64,000 nucleotides of DNA, from NCBI GenBank assembly GCA_021809425.1, contig JAKBAA010000002.1:3634-67633 (forward strand), written 5' to 3'. Position numbers and translations under genes: made by a program. The notes below the pieces were generated by a model that was not told where the DNA came from, made no database searches, and saw only the letters and a program-made list of their open reading frames with translations. This DNA is from Actinomycetes bacterium. Lineage in GTDB: Bacteria; Actinomycetota; Acidimicrobiia; Acidimicrobiales; Bog-793. Shown one piece after another: positions 8,556 through 16,881 of this stretch; positions within the stretch are counted from its first letter, which is position 1; each line of letters begins with the position of its first letter.

Positions 8556-9745
8556 CGCCGCACCGCCAGGAAGGCGTCGAGGAAGTCCTCCATGGCGTCG
8601 AGCACGCGGTCCCAGGTGTAGTTGGCGAGCACGTACTCCCTCCCCCGCTCCGCCAGCACAGCGGCGCTCTCCGGTGCCTCGGCGAGGAAGGCCAGGCACT
8701 CGCCGAGCTCGAACTCGTCCCGGTAGACGAGCCCGCCCCCCGACCGCTCGCAGTGCCAGGCGACGACGGCCCCCTGGGCGGTGGCGAGCACCGGGGTGCG
8801 GGCGAGCCAGGCCTCCATGACGGTGCGCGAGAAGCTCTCGTTGGCGCTCGGCTGGACGAGCGCGGACGCCGCGGCAAAGGCGCTCGGCAGCTCGTCGGCA
8901 CCGAGGAAGCCGAGGTCGACCACCCGGTCGGACAGACCACGGGGGACCTCGGCGGCACCCACCCCGACCGTGACGAGGTCGAACGGGAGGTCGTGGTGGA
9001 CGAGGGCCGAGGCGAAGTCGCCAAGGAGGCGCTGCCACCCCTTGCCCGACTCGCGCCGCCCGGCGTAGAGGACGAAGGGGCGCTCCAGACGGTGGGCGAG
9101 GCGGAACCCGACCGGGTCGTATCGCTCGGGTACCTCGACGGCCGCTCCGACGACCCGGTGGGCTGCCGCCAGCGACGGGGCCACCCGGTGGGCCAGCTCG
9201 TGCTCGGGCTCGGACAGGAACCAGATCCCGCCCACCGACGACAAGGTGGCCTCGACGATCGGCAGCCAGGCGTACGACTCGTCGTGCAGGCAGGGCATCA
9301 CGATCGCCTTCCCAGGTGCGGCGAAGGCGCCGTAGATGGTCGACCAGAACAGGTACGGCGACAGGACGACGGCGTCGAAGTCGTCGGCGCGCGCCGACAG
9401 GTACTGGTACAGGTCAGGCACCCGCAGCCTGCCGTTGACCCACGCCAGCTCCTCCGCCCGGTCGAGCACGTCGCCGGCCTGCACCCGCAGCTCGAGGCGG
9501 GTCGCCTCGAGCTGGGAAGCGGCCGGGACGGTCCGGAAGCGGCGCACGGTGAGCCCGGCGTCCTCGGAGGCCCCCTCGGGCAGCTCGTTGGCCCACGTGT
9601 AGTGGCTACGGGCGCAGGTCGTCAGCACCTCGACGAGCATCCCCCGGGATGCGAGCCCGCGGGCGGCCTCGCCCATGACGGCCTCCGACCCGCCCACGAT
9701 GTCCCGACCGTAGCGGGGCGTCACGAACGCCACCCGCCGCGGCAT
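8552..9745 (-). CDS. GT4-family glycosyltransferase
   Basis: Real start is ATG 9745 (MPRRVAFVTPRYGRDIVGGSEAV...). C-terminal ...LVQPSANESFSRTVMEAWLARTPVLATAQGAVVAWHCERSGGGLVY... is the GT-B motif. The track ORF 8552..10918 is a 5' over-extension. Confidence 0.85.
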   Translation of the reverse strand: MPRRVAFVTPRYGRDIVGGSEAVMGEAARGLASRGMLVEVLTTCARSHYTWANELPEGASEDAGLTVRRFRTVPAASQLEATRLELRVQAGDVLDRAEELAWVNGRLRVPDLYQYLSARADDFDAVVLSPYLFWSTIYGAFAAPGKAIVMPCLHDESYAWLPIVEATLSSVGGIWFLSEPEHELAHRVAPSLAAAHRVVGAAVEVPERYDPVGFRLAHRLERPFVLYAGRRESGKGWQRLLGDFASALVHHDLPFDLVTVGVGAAEVPRGLSDRVVDLGFLGADELPSAFAAASALVQPSANESFSRTVMEAWLARTPVLATAQGAVVAWHCERSGGGLVYRDEFELGECLAFLAEAPESAAVLAERGREYVLANYTWDRVLDAMEDFLDAFLAVRR

Positions 9746-9832
9746 TCCGCTGCCGGCCACCTCTACCCCTTCCGGTCGACTCGCAGGAGCGTAGCCAATG
9801 TGCCTGGCGACGATCGGCCCGGCGCGGGCAGG

Positions 9833-11650
9833 ATGGCCCCAATGGGTCACCGCTCCGCAATCCCGTCGCGCCCGCACCTCCCCCTTCGGGCATCGACCCG
9901 CCGCCGCAAGGGACCGCGGCGGTCCTGGGCGGTGTCGGTCGCCCTGTGGACGCTCGTCGCCGGGATGCTCGCCGGAGGCGGCGTGGCGGCGGCCGGCACG
10001 ACCCCCCGGGCGGCGCTGGCAACCCCCCGGGCGGCGCTGGTCGGCGGCACGACCCCCCGGACGGCAGCGAGGGGACACCAGCTCGGAAGCGGCCCGTTCC
10101 CGGCGCCGACCTGGGTCGACACGGTCGGCCCGCTGGCCCTCAGCTCGCCGACCACGGGCGTGCTCGACGGCCAGCCGGTGGTCGCCTTCGGGTCGGAGTC
10201 GGGCTACCTGTATGTCGTGAACGCCCGCACCGGCGCCAACCTGCCGGGCTGGCCGCAGCCGGTCGAGCTGGCGCCGGGCGCCCCGAGCGCCATCGAGTCG
10301 AGCCCGACCTTCGCCTACCTCGACGGCCCGGATCGGCCGCCGCTGATCGTCGTGGGGGCCGGGTCCACCTACGTGGCGAACCAGCAGGGTGGCCTGGTCG
10401 CCTTCCACCCGGACGGGACGGTCGCCTTCGAGTTCCACACCCAGGACGTGTTCAACGAGTGGAAGCCGACCGGGAAGCCGGGCGGGTACGACAACGGGAT
10501 CATCTCGACCCCGGCTGTGGGCGACGTGACGGGGAGCGGCCAGCTCGACCTGGTGTTCGGGTCGTGGGACCACGAGCTCTACGCCCTCACGGCCGCCGGC
10601 AAGCTCGTGCCGGGGTTCCCGGTCAACAACCTCGACACGATCTGGTCGTCGCCGGCCCTCGTCCACCTGCGCGGGGCGGCCGGCACCGAGGACATCATCG
10701 TGGGCAGCGACGCCTCGGGCCGGGGCGGGTGCTACGGGGGGTTCCTCACCGACTACACCTACCAGCACGGCGGACCGCACATGGTGTGGCAGCACTGCAT
10801 GAACCAGACCATCTGGTCGAGCCCGGCCGTCGGCGTCATCGACGCCACCGGCCAGCCGGCGGTGGTCGTCGGCACCGGGTTCGGCGAGCCGCCACCGTAC
10901 AAGTCGGACAGCTACCACCTGTTCGCCTTCTACGCCGCCACCGGCCAGCCGGTGGCGGGCTGGCCGGTCACCACGTCGGGGCCGTCGTTCGGCTCTCCGG
11001 CGATCGGGATGCTGCCGGGAAGCACCACGCCGGCCGTCGTCGACACGTCCTGGTGCACGGCCTGCGCCAGCGGTCCGAACGGGGCCGGCACGTCGGAGGT
11101 GTCGGCGTGGGCGAGCGACGGCAAGCTGTTGTGGACCCAGCGACTCGGCGGCGCCGACGACCTGTCGTCACCGGTGCTCGTCGACCTGACCGGAACCGGC
11201 GTCAACGACGTGCTCGTCGGCTCGGGCGACGGCATGGTGCCGCTGTCCGGGTCGGATGGCAGCTTCATGTTCGGCACGTCGGCCACCAACGCCATCAACC
11301 CGTGCTCCATGCTGAACACCGCCGCCGTCGACGACGTCCCCGGCACCGGCCCGGGAAGCGGCTGGCACGTGTTCGAGGCGTGCGGCGGCCCCCACCAGGT
11401 GACCGGGACCGGGACCCTCTACGACTATCCGCTGCCCGCCACCCCGGCGACCCCGCCGCCGTGGCCGTCGTGGCGGGGTGGCGACGCAAACCACGACGGC
11501 GTGGCCACCTGGAGCCTGCCAGCCGTCCCGCCACCGACCACGACCACCACCACGGCTCCGATCACGACCGTGCCGACCACCACGGCACCGGCGGCAGGGG
11601 CGACGTCCGGTGCGACCAAGAAGGGCGCGGTCGGCCGGCACGCCCGCTGA
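9833..11650 (+). CDS. Secreted FG-GAP/VCBS-type beta-propeller repeat protein with a Thr/Pro-rich tail
   Basis: Repeats include ...ISTPAVGDVTGSGQLDLVFGSWDHELYAL... and ...SSPVLVDLTGTGVNDVLVGSGDGMV... Signal-like segment WAVSVALWTLVAGMLAGGGVAAAG. Tail PPPTTTTTTAPITTVPTTTAP. Start is ATG 9833, with GTG 9800 after AGGAG as an alternative. Confidence 0.8.
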   Translation: MAPMGHRSAIPSRPHLPLRASTRRRKGPRRSWAVSVALWTLVAGMLAGGGVAAAGTTPRAALATPRAALVGGTTPRTAARGHQLGSGPFPAPTWVDTVGPLALSSPTTGVLDGQPVVAFGSESGYLYVVNARTGANLPGWPQPVELAPGAPSAIESSPTFAYLDGPDRPPLIVVGAGSTYVANQQGGLVAFHPDGTVAFEFHTQDVFNEWKPTGKPGGYDNGIISTPAVGDVTGSGQLDLVFGSWDHELYALTAAGKLVPGFPVNNLDTIWSSPALVHLRGAAGTEDIIVGSDASGRGGCYGGFLTDYTYQHGGPHMVWQHCMNQTIWSSPAVGVIDATGQPAVVVGTGFGEPPPYKSDSYHLFAFYAATGQPVAGWPVTTSGPSFGSPAIGMLPGSTTPAVVDTSWCTACASGPNGAGTSEVSAWASDGKLLWTQRLGGADDLSSPVLVDLTGTGVNDVLVGSGDGMVPLSGSDGSFMFGTSATNAINPCSMLNTAAVDDVPGTGPGSGWHVFEACGGPHQVTGTGTLYDYPLPATPATPPPWPSWRGGDANHDGVATWSLPAVPPPTTTTTTAPITTVPTTTAPAAGATSGATKKGAVGRHAR

Positions 11651-11680
11651 GGGCAGTGCCGGCGTGCCCGCGACCGGGCG

Positions 11681-11696
11681 GGGTGCCGGGGCACCC
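11681..11696. terminator. Short palindromic hairpin between convergent genes
   Basis: gggtgcc-gg-ggcaccc lies between the propeller gene stop (11650) and the clpP stop (11749). It is a weak candidate because the stem is short. Confidence 0.3.
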
Positions 11697-11748
11697 GGCT
11701 CACTGGTGGGCCGCCCGAGGACGGCGACGCCGACCCGGCGGGGTGCCG

Positions 11749-12366
11749 TCAGGCCTTGCCGGGCAGCTTTGAGCGGTCGATCACCTGGTCGATGAACCCG
11801 TACTCACGGGCCTCCTCGGCGGTGAACCACCGGTCGCGGTCGGAGTCGGCCTCGATGCGCTCGACCGGCTGGCCGGTGTGCAGGGCGATCCGCTCGGCCA
11901 TCATCCGCTTCAGGTAGATGATCTGCTCGGCCTGGATGGCGATGTCGGCGGCCTGGCCCTGCATCTGGCCGGACGGCTGGTGCATGAGGATGCGGGAGTG
12001 CGGGAGGGCGTAACGCTTGCCCGGCGCCCCGGCACAAAGGAGGAACTGACCCATCGAGGCGGCCAGGCCGACGCAGATGGTCGAGACGTCGCAGCGGACG
12101 TACTGCATCGTGTCGTAGATCGCCAGCCCGTCGGTCACCGAGCCACCGGGCGAGTTGATGTAGAGGGCGATGTCCTTGTCCGGCTCCTCGGCCTCCAAGA
12201 GGAGGAGCTGGGCGCACACCATGTTGGCCGACGTCTGGTCGACCTGGGTGCCGAGGAAGATGATCCGTTCGCGCAGCAGCCGCTGGAAGAGCTCGCCGCT
12301 CTGGTCGGACGGCGCGGACCGGGCGAAGGGCCCGTCCGGGAGGACGAGGTGCTCTGATGCGCTCAT
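11749..12366 (-). CDS. clpP: ATP-dependent Clp protease proteolytic subunit
   Basis: 205 aa. Catalytic Ser context [11 protein letters not shown], His context ILMHQPSG, and overall ClpP-like sequence throughout. Confidence 0.95.
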   Translation of the reverse strand: MSASEHLVLPDGPFARSAPSDQSGELFQRLLRERIIFLGTQVDQTSANMVCAQLLLLEAEEPDKDIALYINSPGGSVTDGLAIYDTMQYVRCDVSTICVGLAASMGQFLLCAGAPGKRYALPHSRILMHQPSGQMQGQAADIAIQAEQIIYLKRMMAERIALHTGQPVERIEADSDRDRWFTAEEAREYGFIDQVIDRSKLPGKA

Positions 12367-12384
12367 GCCCCAAGGCTACAAGCG

Positions 12385-12455
12385 AACCCGACCCGACCCC
12401 GACACCCCGACACCCCGACACCCCGGCACCCCGACGGCGTGACGGCGTGACGGCG
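12385..12455. repeat. Two adjacent 8-bp tandem repeats in the clpP upstream region
   Basis: gaccc-type units, then gacacccc x3 plus ggcacccc (12401-12432), then ggcgtgac x2 (12436-12451). Located between the clpP start (12366) and tRNA-Leu (12530). Confidence 0.85.
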
Positions 12456-12529
12456 GGGGCGGGGCGGCGGCAAGTGCCCGGCGAGCGGTCCCGGAGGTTG
12501 CCGTGGGTCGGCGGTACGCTCGACGGCAA

Positions 12530-12611
12530 GCGGGCGTGGCGAAATTGGCAGACGCGCCGGGTTTAGGTCCCGGTCCCCTCGGGGGTGGAGGTTCGAGTCC
12601 TCTCGCCCGCA
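12530..12611 (+). tRNA. tRNA-Leu (anticodon UAG), class II with long variable arm; CCA not encoded
   Basis: Hand-folded. Acceptor gcgggcg/cgcccgc. D-arm gcg-aaattggcaga-cgc. Anticodon stem ccggg/cccgg with loop ttTAGgt. Variable arm tcccctcgggggtg. T-arm ggagg-ttcgagt-cctct. Discriminator A. Confidence 0.9.
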
Positions 12612-12731
12612 CACCCCGGCTGAGCTGGGCAGCCAGGCTGGGGGGCCGAGCCGCGGTGGCGGCGCGGCGCGCTGCGCCGAGCGGACGGTCGGCGGGCATC
12701 GGTCGCTCGCCGGCCCCGACCCTTGACCGCC

Positions 12732-13667
12732 TCACGAGCCGCCGAGCGCCCGCCGGATCGCCGCTGCCGCCTCGTCGATAGCCCGCCGGCTGGCCGGGAT
12801 GACGGTGTCCATGGCGAAGAAGCCGTGGATCACGCCGTCGTAGCGTGTGCAGCTGACTGGTACACCAGCCTGGGCCAGGCGCTCCGCGTACGCCTCGCCC
12901 TCGTCTCGGAGGGGGTCGTACTCGGCCGTGACGACGTGCGCCGGGGGCAGGCCGGCGAGATCGCCGGCGAACAACGGCGAGGCGTCGGGGTCGCGCCGGA
13001 GGCGCTCGTCGGGAACGTAGTGGTCAATGAACCAGCGCATCGAGGCGGCCTCGAGCATGTAGCCCTCGGCGTTGTCGACATAGCTCGGCTGGGCGCAGGT
13101 GAGATCGGTCACCGGGTAGACGAGGAGCTGGAAGGCGATCGGCGGTCCGCCACCGTCACGGGCCCGCAGAGCGACGACGGCGGCGAGGTTGCCCCCGGCG
13201 CTGTCGCCGCCGACGACCAGCCGGGACGGGTCGGCGCCCAGCTCGTCGGCGTGGGCGTGGGCCCAGCGGGCCGCCGCCAGCGCGTCGTCGACGGCCGCCG
13301 GGAAGCGGTGCTCGGGTGCGAGGCGGTAGCCGACGCTCACGACCACGGCGGAGACCTTGGCGGCGAGCTGCTGGCAGACCGGGTCGGCCCCCTCGAGGTC
13401 ACCGAGCACCCAGCCGCCGCCGTGGAACCACACGAGCAGCGGCAGCGTGTCATCGACCGCCGGGCGGTACACGCGCAGCGGCACCGCACCGTCCGGCCCG
13501 GGCGCCATCCGCTCGACCGCCGGCACGGGCGGCTCGGGCGTCGAGGTGAGCGGCGGCCGCCCCTTCGAGAGGTCGCGGGCAGCTGCCGGGGTCAGCTCGT
13601 GCAAACGGGGCATCCCTGGGGCGGCGAGCAGGTCGAGGAGCGGGACGACGGCCGGGTCGAGGGGCAT
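12732..13667 (-). CDS. Alpha/beta hydrolase, hormone-sensitive-lipase-like esterase family
   Basis: Oxyanion HGGGW, nucleophile GDSAGGNLA, then DPLRDEG and HGF triad elements. 311 aa. Confidence 0.85.
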   Translation of the reverse strand: MPLDPAVVPLLDLLAAPGMPRLHELTPAAARDLSKGRPPLTSTPEPPVPAVERMAPGPDGAVPLRVYRPAVDDTLPLLVWFHGGGWVLGDLEGADPVCQQLAAKVSAVVVSVGYRLAPEHRFPAAVDDALAAARWAHAHADELGADPSRLVVGGDSAGGNLAAVVALRARDGGGPPIAFQLLVYPVTDLTCAQPSYVDNAEGYMLEAASMRWFIDHYVPDERLRRDPDASPLFAGDLAGLPPAHVVTAEYDPLRDEGEAYAERLAQAGVPVSCTRYDGVIHGFFAMDTVIPASRRAIDEAAAAIRRALGGS

Positions 13668-13752
13668 TGCCGCAGGCTACTCAGGCACCGTGTGCTCGGC
13701 GCCGCCGGCCACCGCCGCCGGCCCGCCGCCGGTAGCAAGCGACGACGAGCCG

Positions 13753-14172
13753 TCAGCCGTCCTCGGGCGGCCGCCGTCCTTCCTTCCGCTCGGCGCGCCG
13801 GCGCTTGTCGGTGAGGCGGCGCTCGCGCGAGGCGAGCGTCGGGCGCGTCGGGCGGCGCACCGGCTCGACGCGCAGCGCCGCCGCCAAGCGTTCGGCGAGG
13901 CGCGCACGGGCGAGCTCCCGGTTGCGCAGCTGCGAACGCTCGTCGCTCGCCACCACCCGCACCAGCGGTCCGAGCCGCTCGAGGAGCCGTGCCCGCTGGC
14001 GCGGCCCCAGGCTGCGGGCCGCCGCCACGTCGAGGCGGAGCTCCACCCGGGTGTTGGCCGTGTTGGCATGCTGGCCCCCCGGTCCGCCGCTGCCGCTGAA
14101 GCGCCACTCGAGGTCGTCGGCGGCGACCACCAGGCTCCTGCTCACGACAAGGTCGTCCGGCGAGCTCGTCAC
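13753..14172 (-). CDS. arfB: Alternative ribosome-rescue factor ArfB (peptidyl-tRNA hydrolase, GGQ type)
   Basis: ...SGSGGPGGQHANTANTRVELR... GGQ motif plus a basic C-terminal tail. Trimmed to GTG 14172, just downstream of the preceding stop (14177-14179), giving ~139 aa as expected for ArfB. Confidence 0.85.
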   Translation of the reverse strand: MTSSPDDLVVSRSLVVAADDLEWRFSGSGGPGGQHANTANTRVELRLDVAAARSLGPRQRARLLERLGPLVRVVASDERSQLRNRELARARLAERLAAALRVEPVRRPTRPTLASRERRLTDKRRRAERKEGRRPPEDG

Positions 14173-14176
14173 CGTG

Positions 14177-15298
14177 CTAGCTGGTGAACGCCTCGACGGC
14201 CGACACCACCCGGGCGGTGTCGACGGTGAGCACCCCATAGCCGGCGTTGGCCAGCTCGAGCCGGCGGGCCCGGTGCAGGCGCGCCGCCACGGTCTCGCTC
14301 TCGGACACCGGGACCACCGGGTCGGCGGCGGTGCCGATCACGACGAGCGCCGGCGCCCGGATCGCGCCGAGACCGGCGGCAACGGCCGGGTCGTGCCACG
14401 ACGCCGCCACCACCGACGCCTCTTGGCGGATCGCCGCCGTCGTCAGATCGTCGGGCGCGTACGCCCCGAGGCGTGCCACGAGCGCCGAGCGGGCAGCCGC
14501 TCCGGTCACCTCCAGCCCGGCCAGCTCGGCCGGCGTCGCCGACGGGCTGCCGAGCAGCCCCTGCGCGGCGGCCGACGGGCGCGGTGCCCCCGGGCCGCCG
14601 GCCGTCGGGTCGACGAGCACCAGCCGACCGACCACCCCCGGATGGCGCTCGGCCAGCGACAGGGCGACCTCGGCGCCCATCCCCCACCCGAGCACCGTCG
14701 GCGCGCGCAGCCCGAGCGCCGCGACGAGCCCTCCGGCGACGTCCGCCTCGGACTCGACCGAACGTGCCGCCGGGTCGGGTGCCGAGTAGCCGACGCCCGG
14801 CGGGTCGAACAGGACCAGCGTGTAGTGCTGTGCCAACGCCTGCACGGCGGCCGGGTCCCACGACGTCGTCGAGGCGTGCTGTGGCGGCACGAGCACCAGG
14901 TCGGGACCGCTGCCGAGCTCGTGGTAGGCGATCTGGACCGTCCCAGGCGGGTCCGGCAGGCTCGTGGTCGTGGTCGGCGGCGCGCTCGCGCCGTTGGCAA
15001 GCGGCACGACCTGCACCCGCTCCACAGCGCCGTAGCTGGCCATCGGCCCGGGCGTCCCACCCGAGGTGCCGGCGCCCGTGCCGCCGGTGCCGCTCAGGCG
15101 GACCGGCCGGGGCAACGTCGTGGTGGTCGTCGTGGTGGTCGTGGTAGACGAGCTCGACGTCGCGGACGACCTCGGCGCGGCGCTCGTCGAGGTCGATGGG
15201 CCGCCGGTCGCCGCGGAGGTGCCGCAGGCAGCGGTCACCAGCGCCAGCGCGCCAAGGGCCAGCAACGGCCGGCGGTGCCGGCCCGGAGGGTGGGTCAT
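14177..15298 (-). CDS. Lipoprotein with an alpha/beta-hydrolase fold, nucleophile Ser replaced by Gly (probable pseudo-enzyme)
   Basis: Lipobox LALVTAAC-G. Poly-Ser/Thr linker SSSTTTTTTTTTTL. Hydrolase core ...LVLFDPPGVGYS...VLGWGMGAEVAL... The Sm-x-Nu-x-Sm motif reads G-W-G-M-G (DNA 14675-14689). Confidence 0.75.
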   Translation of the reverse strand: MTHPPGRHRRPLLALGALALVTAACGTSAATGGPSTSTSAAPRSSATSSSSTTTTTTTTTTLPRPVRLSGTGGTGAGTSGGTPGPMASYGAVERVQVVPLANGASAPPTTTTSLPDPPGTVQIAYHELGSGPDLVLVPPQHASTTSWDPAAVQALAQHYTLVLFDPPGVGYSAPDPAARSVESEADVAGGLVAALGLRAPTVLGWGMGAEVALSLAERHPGVVGRLVLVDPTAGGPGAPRPSAAAQGLLGSPSATPAELAGLEVTGAAARSALVARLGAYAPDDLTTAAIRQEASVVAASWHDPAVAAGLGAIRAPALVVIGTAADPVVPVSESETVAARLHRARRLELANAGYGVLTVDTARVVSAVEAFTS

Positions 15299-15314
15299 CG
15301 CGGGTCCGCCCCGC

Positions 15315-16700
15315 TCAGCGATCGCGGCTCAACGACGCCTTGGCGAGGTTGCGGGCGAACGACAGCACGAGGCCGCCGTTGCGGTGGGCGTCGGCCAGGA
15401 CGTCTGCAAGGGCGCCGACGAAGTGGTCGACCTCCTCCTGCCCGCAGATGAGCGGGGGGAGCAGCTTCACCACGTTCATCCCGTCACCAGCCACCTGGGT
15501 GAGGACGCCGTGGCGCTCGAAGAGAGGCGCCACGATCGTCTGGGCGAACAGCCCGCTGTGGGCCATCTCGAGCATCCGGAAGCGGGCGCGCAGCGCCCTC
15601 GAGGTCGGCGGCCCGAAGACGAGACCGATCATCAGCCCCTTGCCGCGCACCAGGTGGAACAGCTCGTAGCGTTCGACGAGCGGCGCCAGCGCCTTCTCGA
15701 ACGCCAGCCCGGTGACCCGAGCCCGGTCGACCAGCTCCTCGTCGTCGATCGTCTTCAGCGTCGCCAGCCCGGCGACCATCGCCAGCTGGTTGTTCTTGAA
15801 CGTCGACGAGTGCACGACGGCACGCTCCATCGACGAGTAGACGGCGTCCGACACCGACGCAGAGCAGATCATGGCACCGACCGGCACGAACCCACCCGAC
15901 AGCGCTTTCGAGACCGTCATCACGTCCGGCACGAGCCCGTAGTGCTCGTGCGCCCACAGCCGCCCGGTCCGGCCGAGCCCCGTCTGCACCTCGTCCACCA
16001 CGAGCAGGGTCCCGAAGGTGCGGCACAGCTGCTGCACGCCGTCCCAGTACTCCTGTGACGCCAGGTGGACACCCTTGCCCTGGATCGGCTCGACGACGAA
16101 GGCAGCGACGTCGCGCTGCGACAGCTCCCGCTCGAGCGCCGCCAGGTCCCCGAAGGGGACCGGGTCGAAGCCGGGAAGGAACGGACCGAAGCCCTTGCGG
16201 AAGTCCTTCCCCCCGTTCAGCGAAAGCGAGCCGTAGGTGAGGCCATGGAAGGCGTGGTCGCAGTACAGCACCCGCGGCCGCCGGGTGGCTGCACGCGTGA
16301 ACTTGAGCGCTGCCTCCACCGCCTCGCTGCCCGAGTTCGTGAAGAACACCCGCGCCATCCCCGGGTGGCACCGAGACAGCAGCTCGCTGGCCAGGACCCC
16401 CGGGAGGAGCGCCGCGTCCATCTGGACCAGGTTGGGAAGGTCGGCGTCGATCGCCTGGTGCAGCGCCTGCTTCACCGCCGGGTGTGACCGGCCGAGGGCG
16501 AACACGCCGAAGCCCGAAAGGAAGTCGAGGTACCGCCGCCCGTCGCGGTCGTACAGGTAGGCGCCCTCGCCCCGCTCGTAGTAACGGTCGAACCCGATCG
16601 AGCGCAGGACGCGAACGAGCTGCGGGTTGATGTTCCGCGCGTAGAGCTGGAAGTTCTCGCCACGATGCTGGGCGAGCACCTCCTTCAGATCGAAGCTCAA
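15315..16700 (-). CDS. Class-III PLP-dependent aminotransferase (ornithine/acetylornithine/GABA-aminotransferase family)
   Basis: 461 aa. TTG start directly after GAGGAGGAAGGG. Motifs ...FTNSGSEAVEAALK..., ...LLVVDEVQTGLGRTG..., and PLP-Lys context TVSKALSGG. Confidence 0.85.
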   Translation of the reverse strand: MSFDLKEVLAQHRGENFQLYARNINPQLVRVLRSIGFDRYYERGEGAYLYDRDGRRYLDFLSGFGVFALGRSHPAVKQALHQAIDADLPNLVQMDAALLPGVLASELLSRCHPGMARVFFTNSGSEAVEAALKFTRAATRRPRVLYCDHAFHGLTYGSLSLNGGKDFRKGFGPFLPGFDPVPFGDLAALERELSQRDVAAFVVEPIQGKGVHLASQEYWDGVQQLCRTFGTLLVVDEVQTGLGRTGRLWAHEHYGLVPDVMTVSKALSGGFVPVGAMICSASVSDAVYSSMERAVVHSSTFKNNQLAMVAGLATLKTIDDEELVDRARVTGLAFEKALAPLVERYELFHLVRGKGLMIGLVFGPPTSRALRARFRMLEMAHSGLFAQTIVAPLFERHGVLTQVAGDGMNVVKLLPPLICGQEEVDHFVGALADVLADAHRNGGLVLSFARNLAKASLSRDR

Positions 16701-16736
16701 CCCTTCCTCCTCGCGCCCCGCACCGCCAGGCGACGA

Positions 16737-16769
16737 CCGGAGCGGCCCAATCGTAGTGGACCGCTCCGG
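16737..16769 (-). terminator. Hairpin downstream of the pentapeptide-repeat gene
   Basis: ccggagcgg-(15 nt)-ccgctccgg, a perfect 9-bp stem, in the 181-bp gap before the aminotransferase gene. The large loop and lack of a U-tract make it tentative. Confidence 0.3.
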
Positions 16770-16881
16770 CCGGCAACGAGCAGTGCGGCACGCAACGCCT
16801 GGTCAGCGCCGTGCTCCGGCGGGCGGCCGCCCCGGCGACCCGGCCGATGCGCCGTTGGTCGAGCCCGCCCCCCAGGTCCCG

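Noticed and set aside
8552-10918. 5' over-extended track ORFs: 8552..10918, 7731..9038, 30589..33273, 34935..36107, 35504..37390, 36283..37464, 37089..38651, 42648..43604, 49179..50906 and 61457..62596
   Set aside because: The homologous protein begins at an internal ATG/GTG that has an RBS or a 4-nt overlap with the upstream stop. The extended part overlaps the neighbouring real gene in another frame. I trimmed these ORFs rather than reporting fusion proteins.
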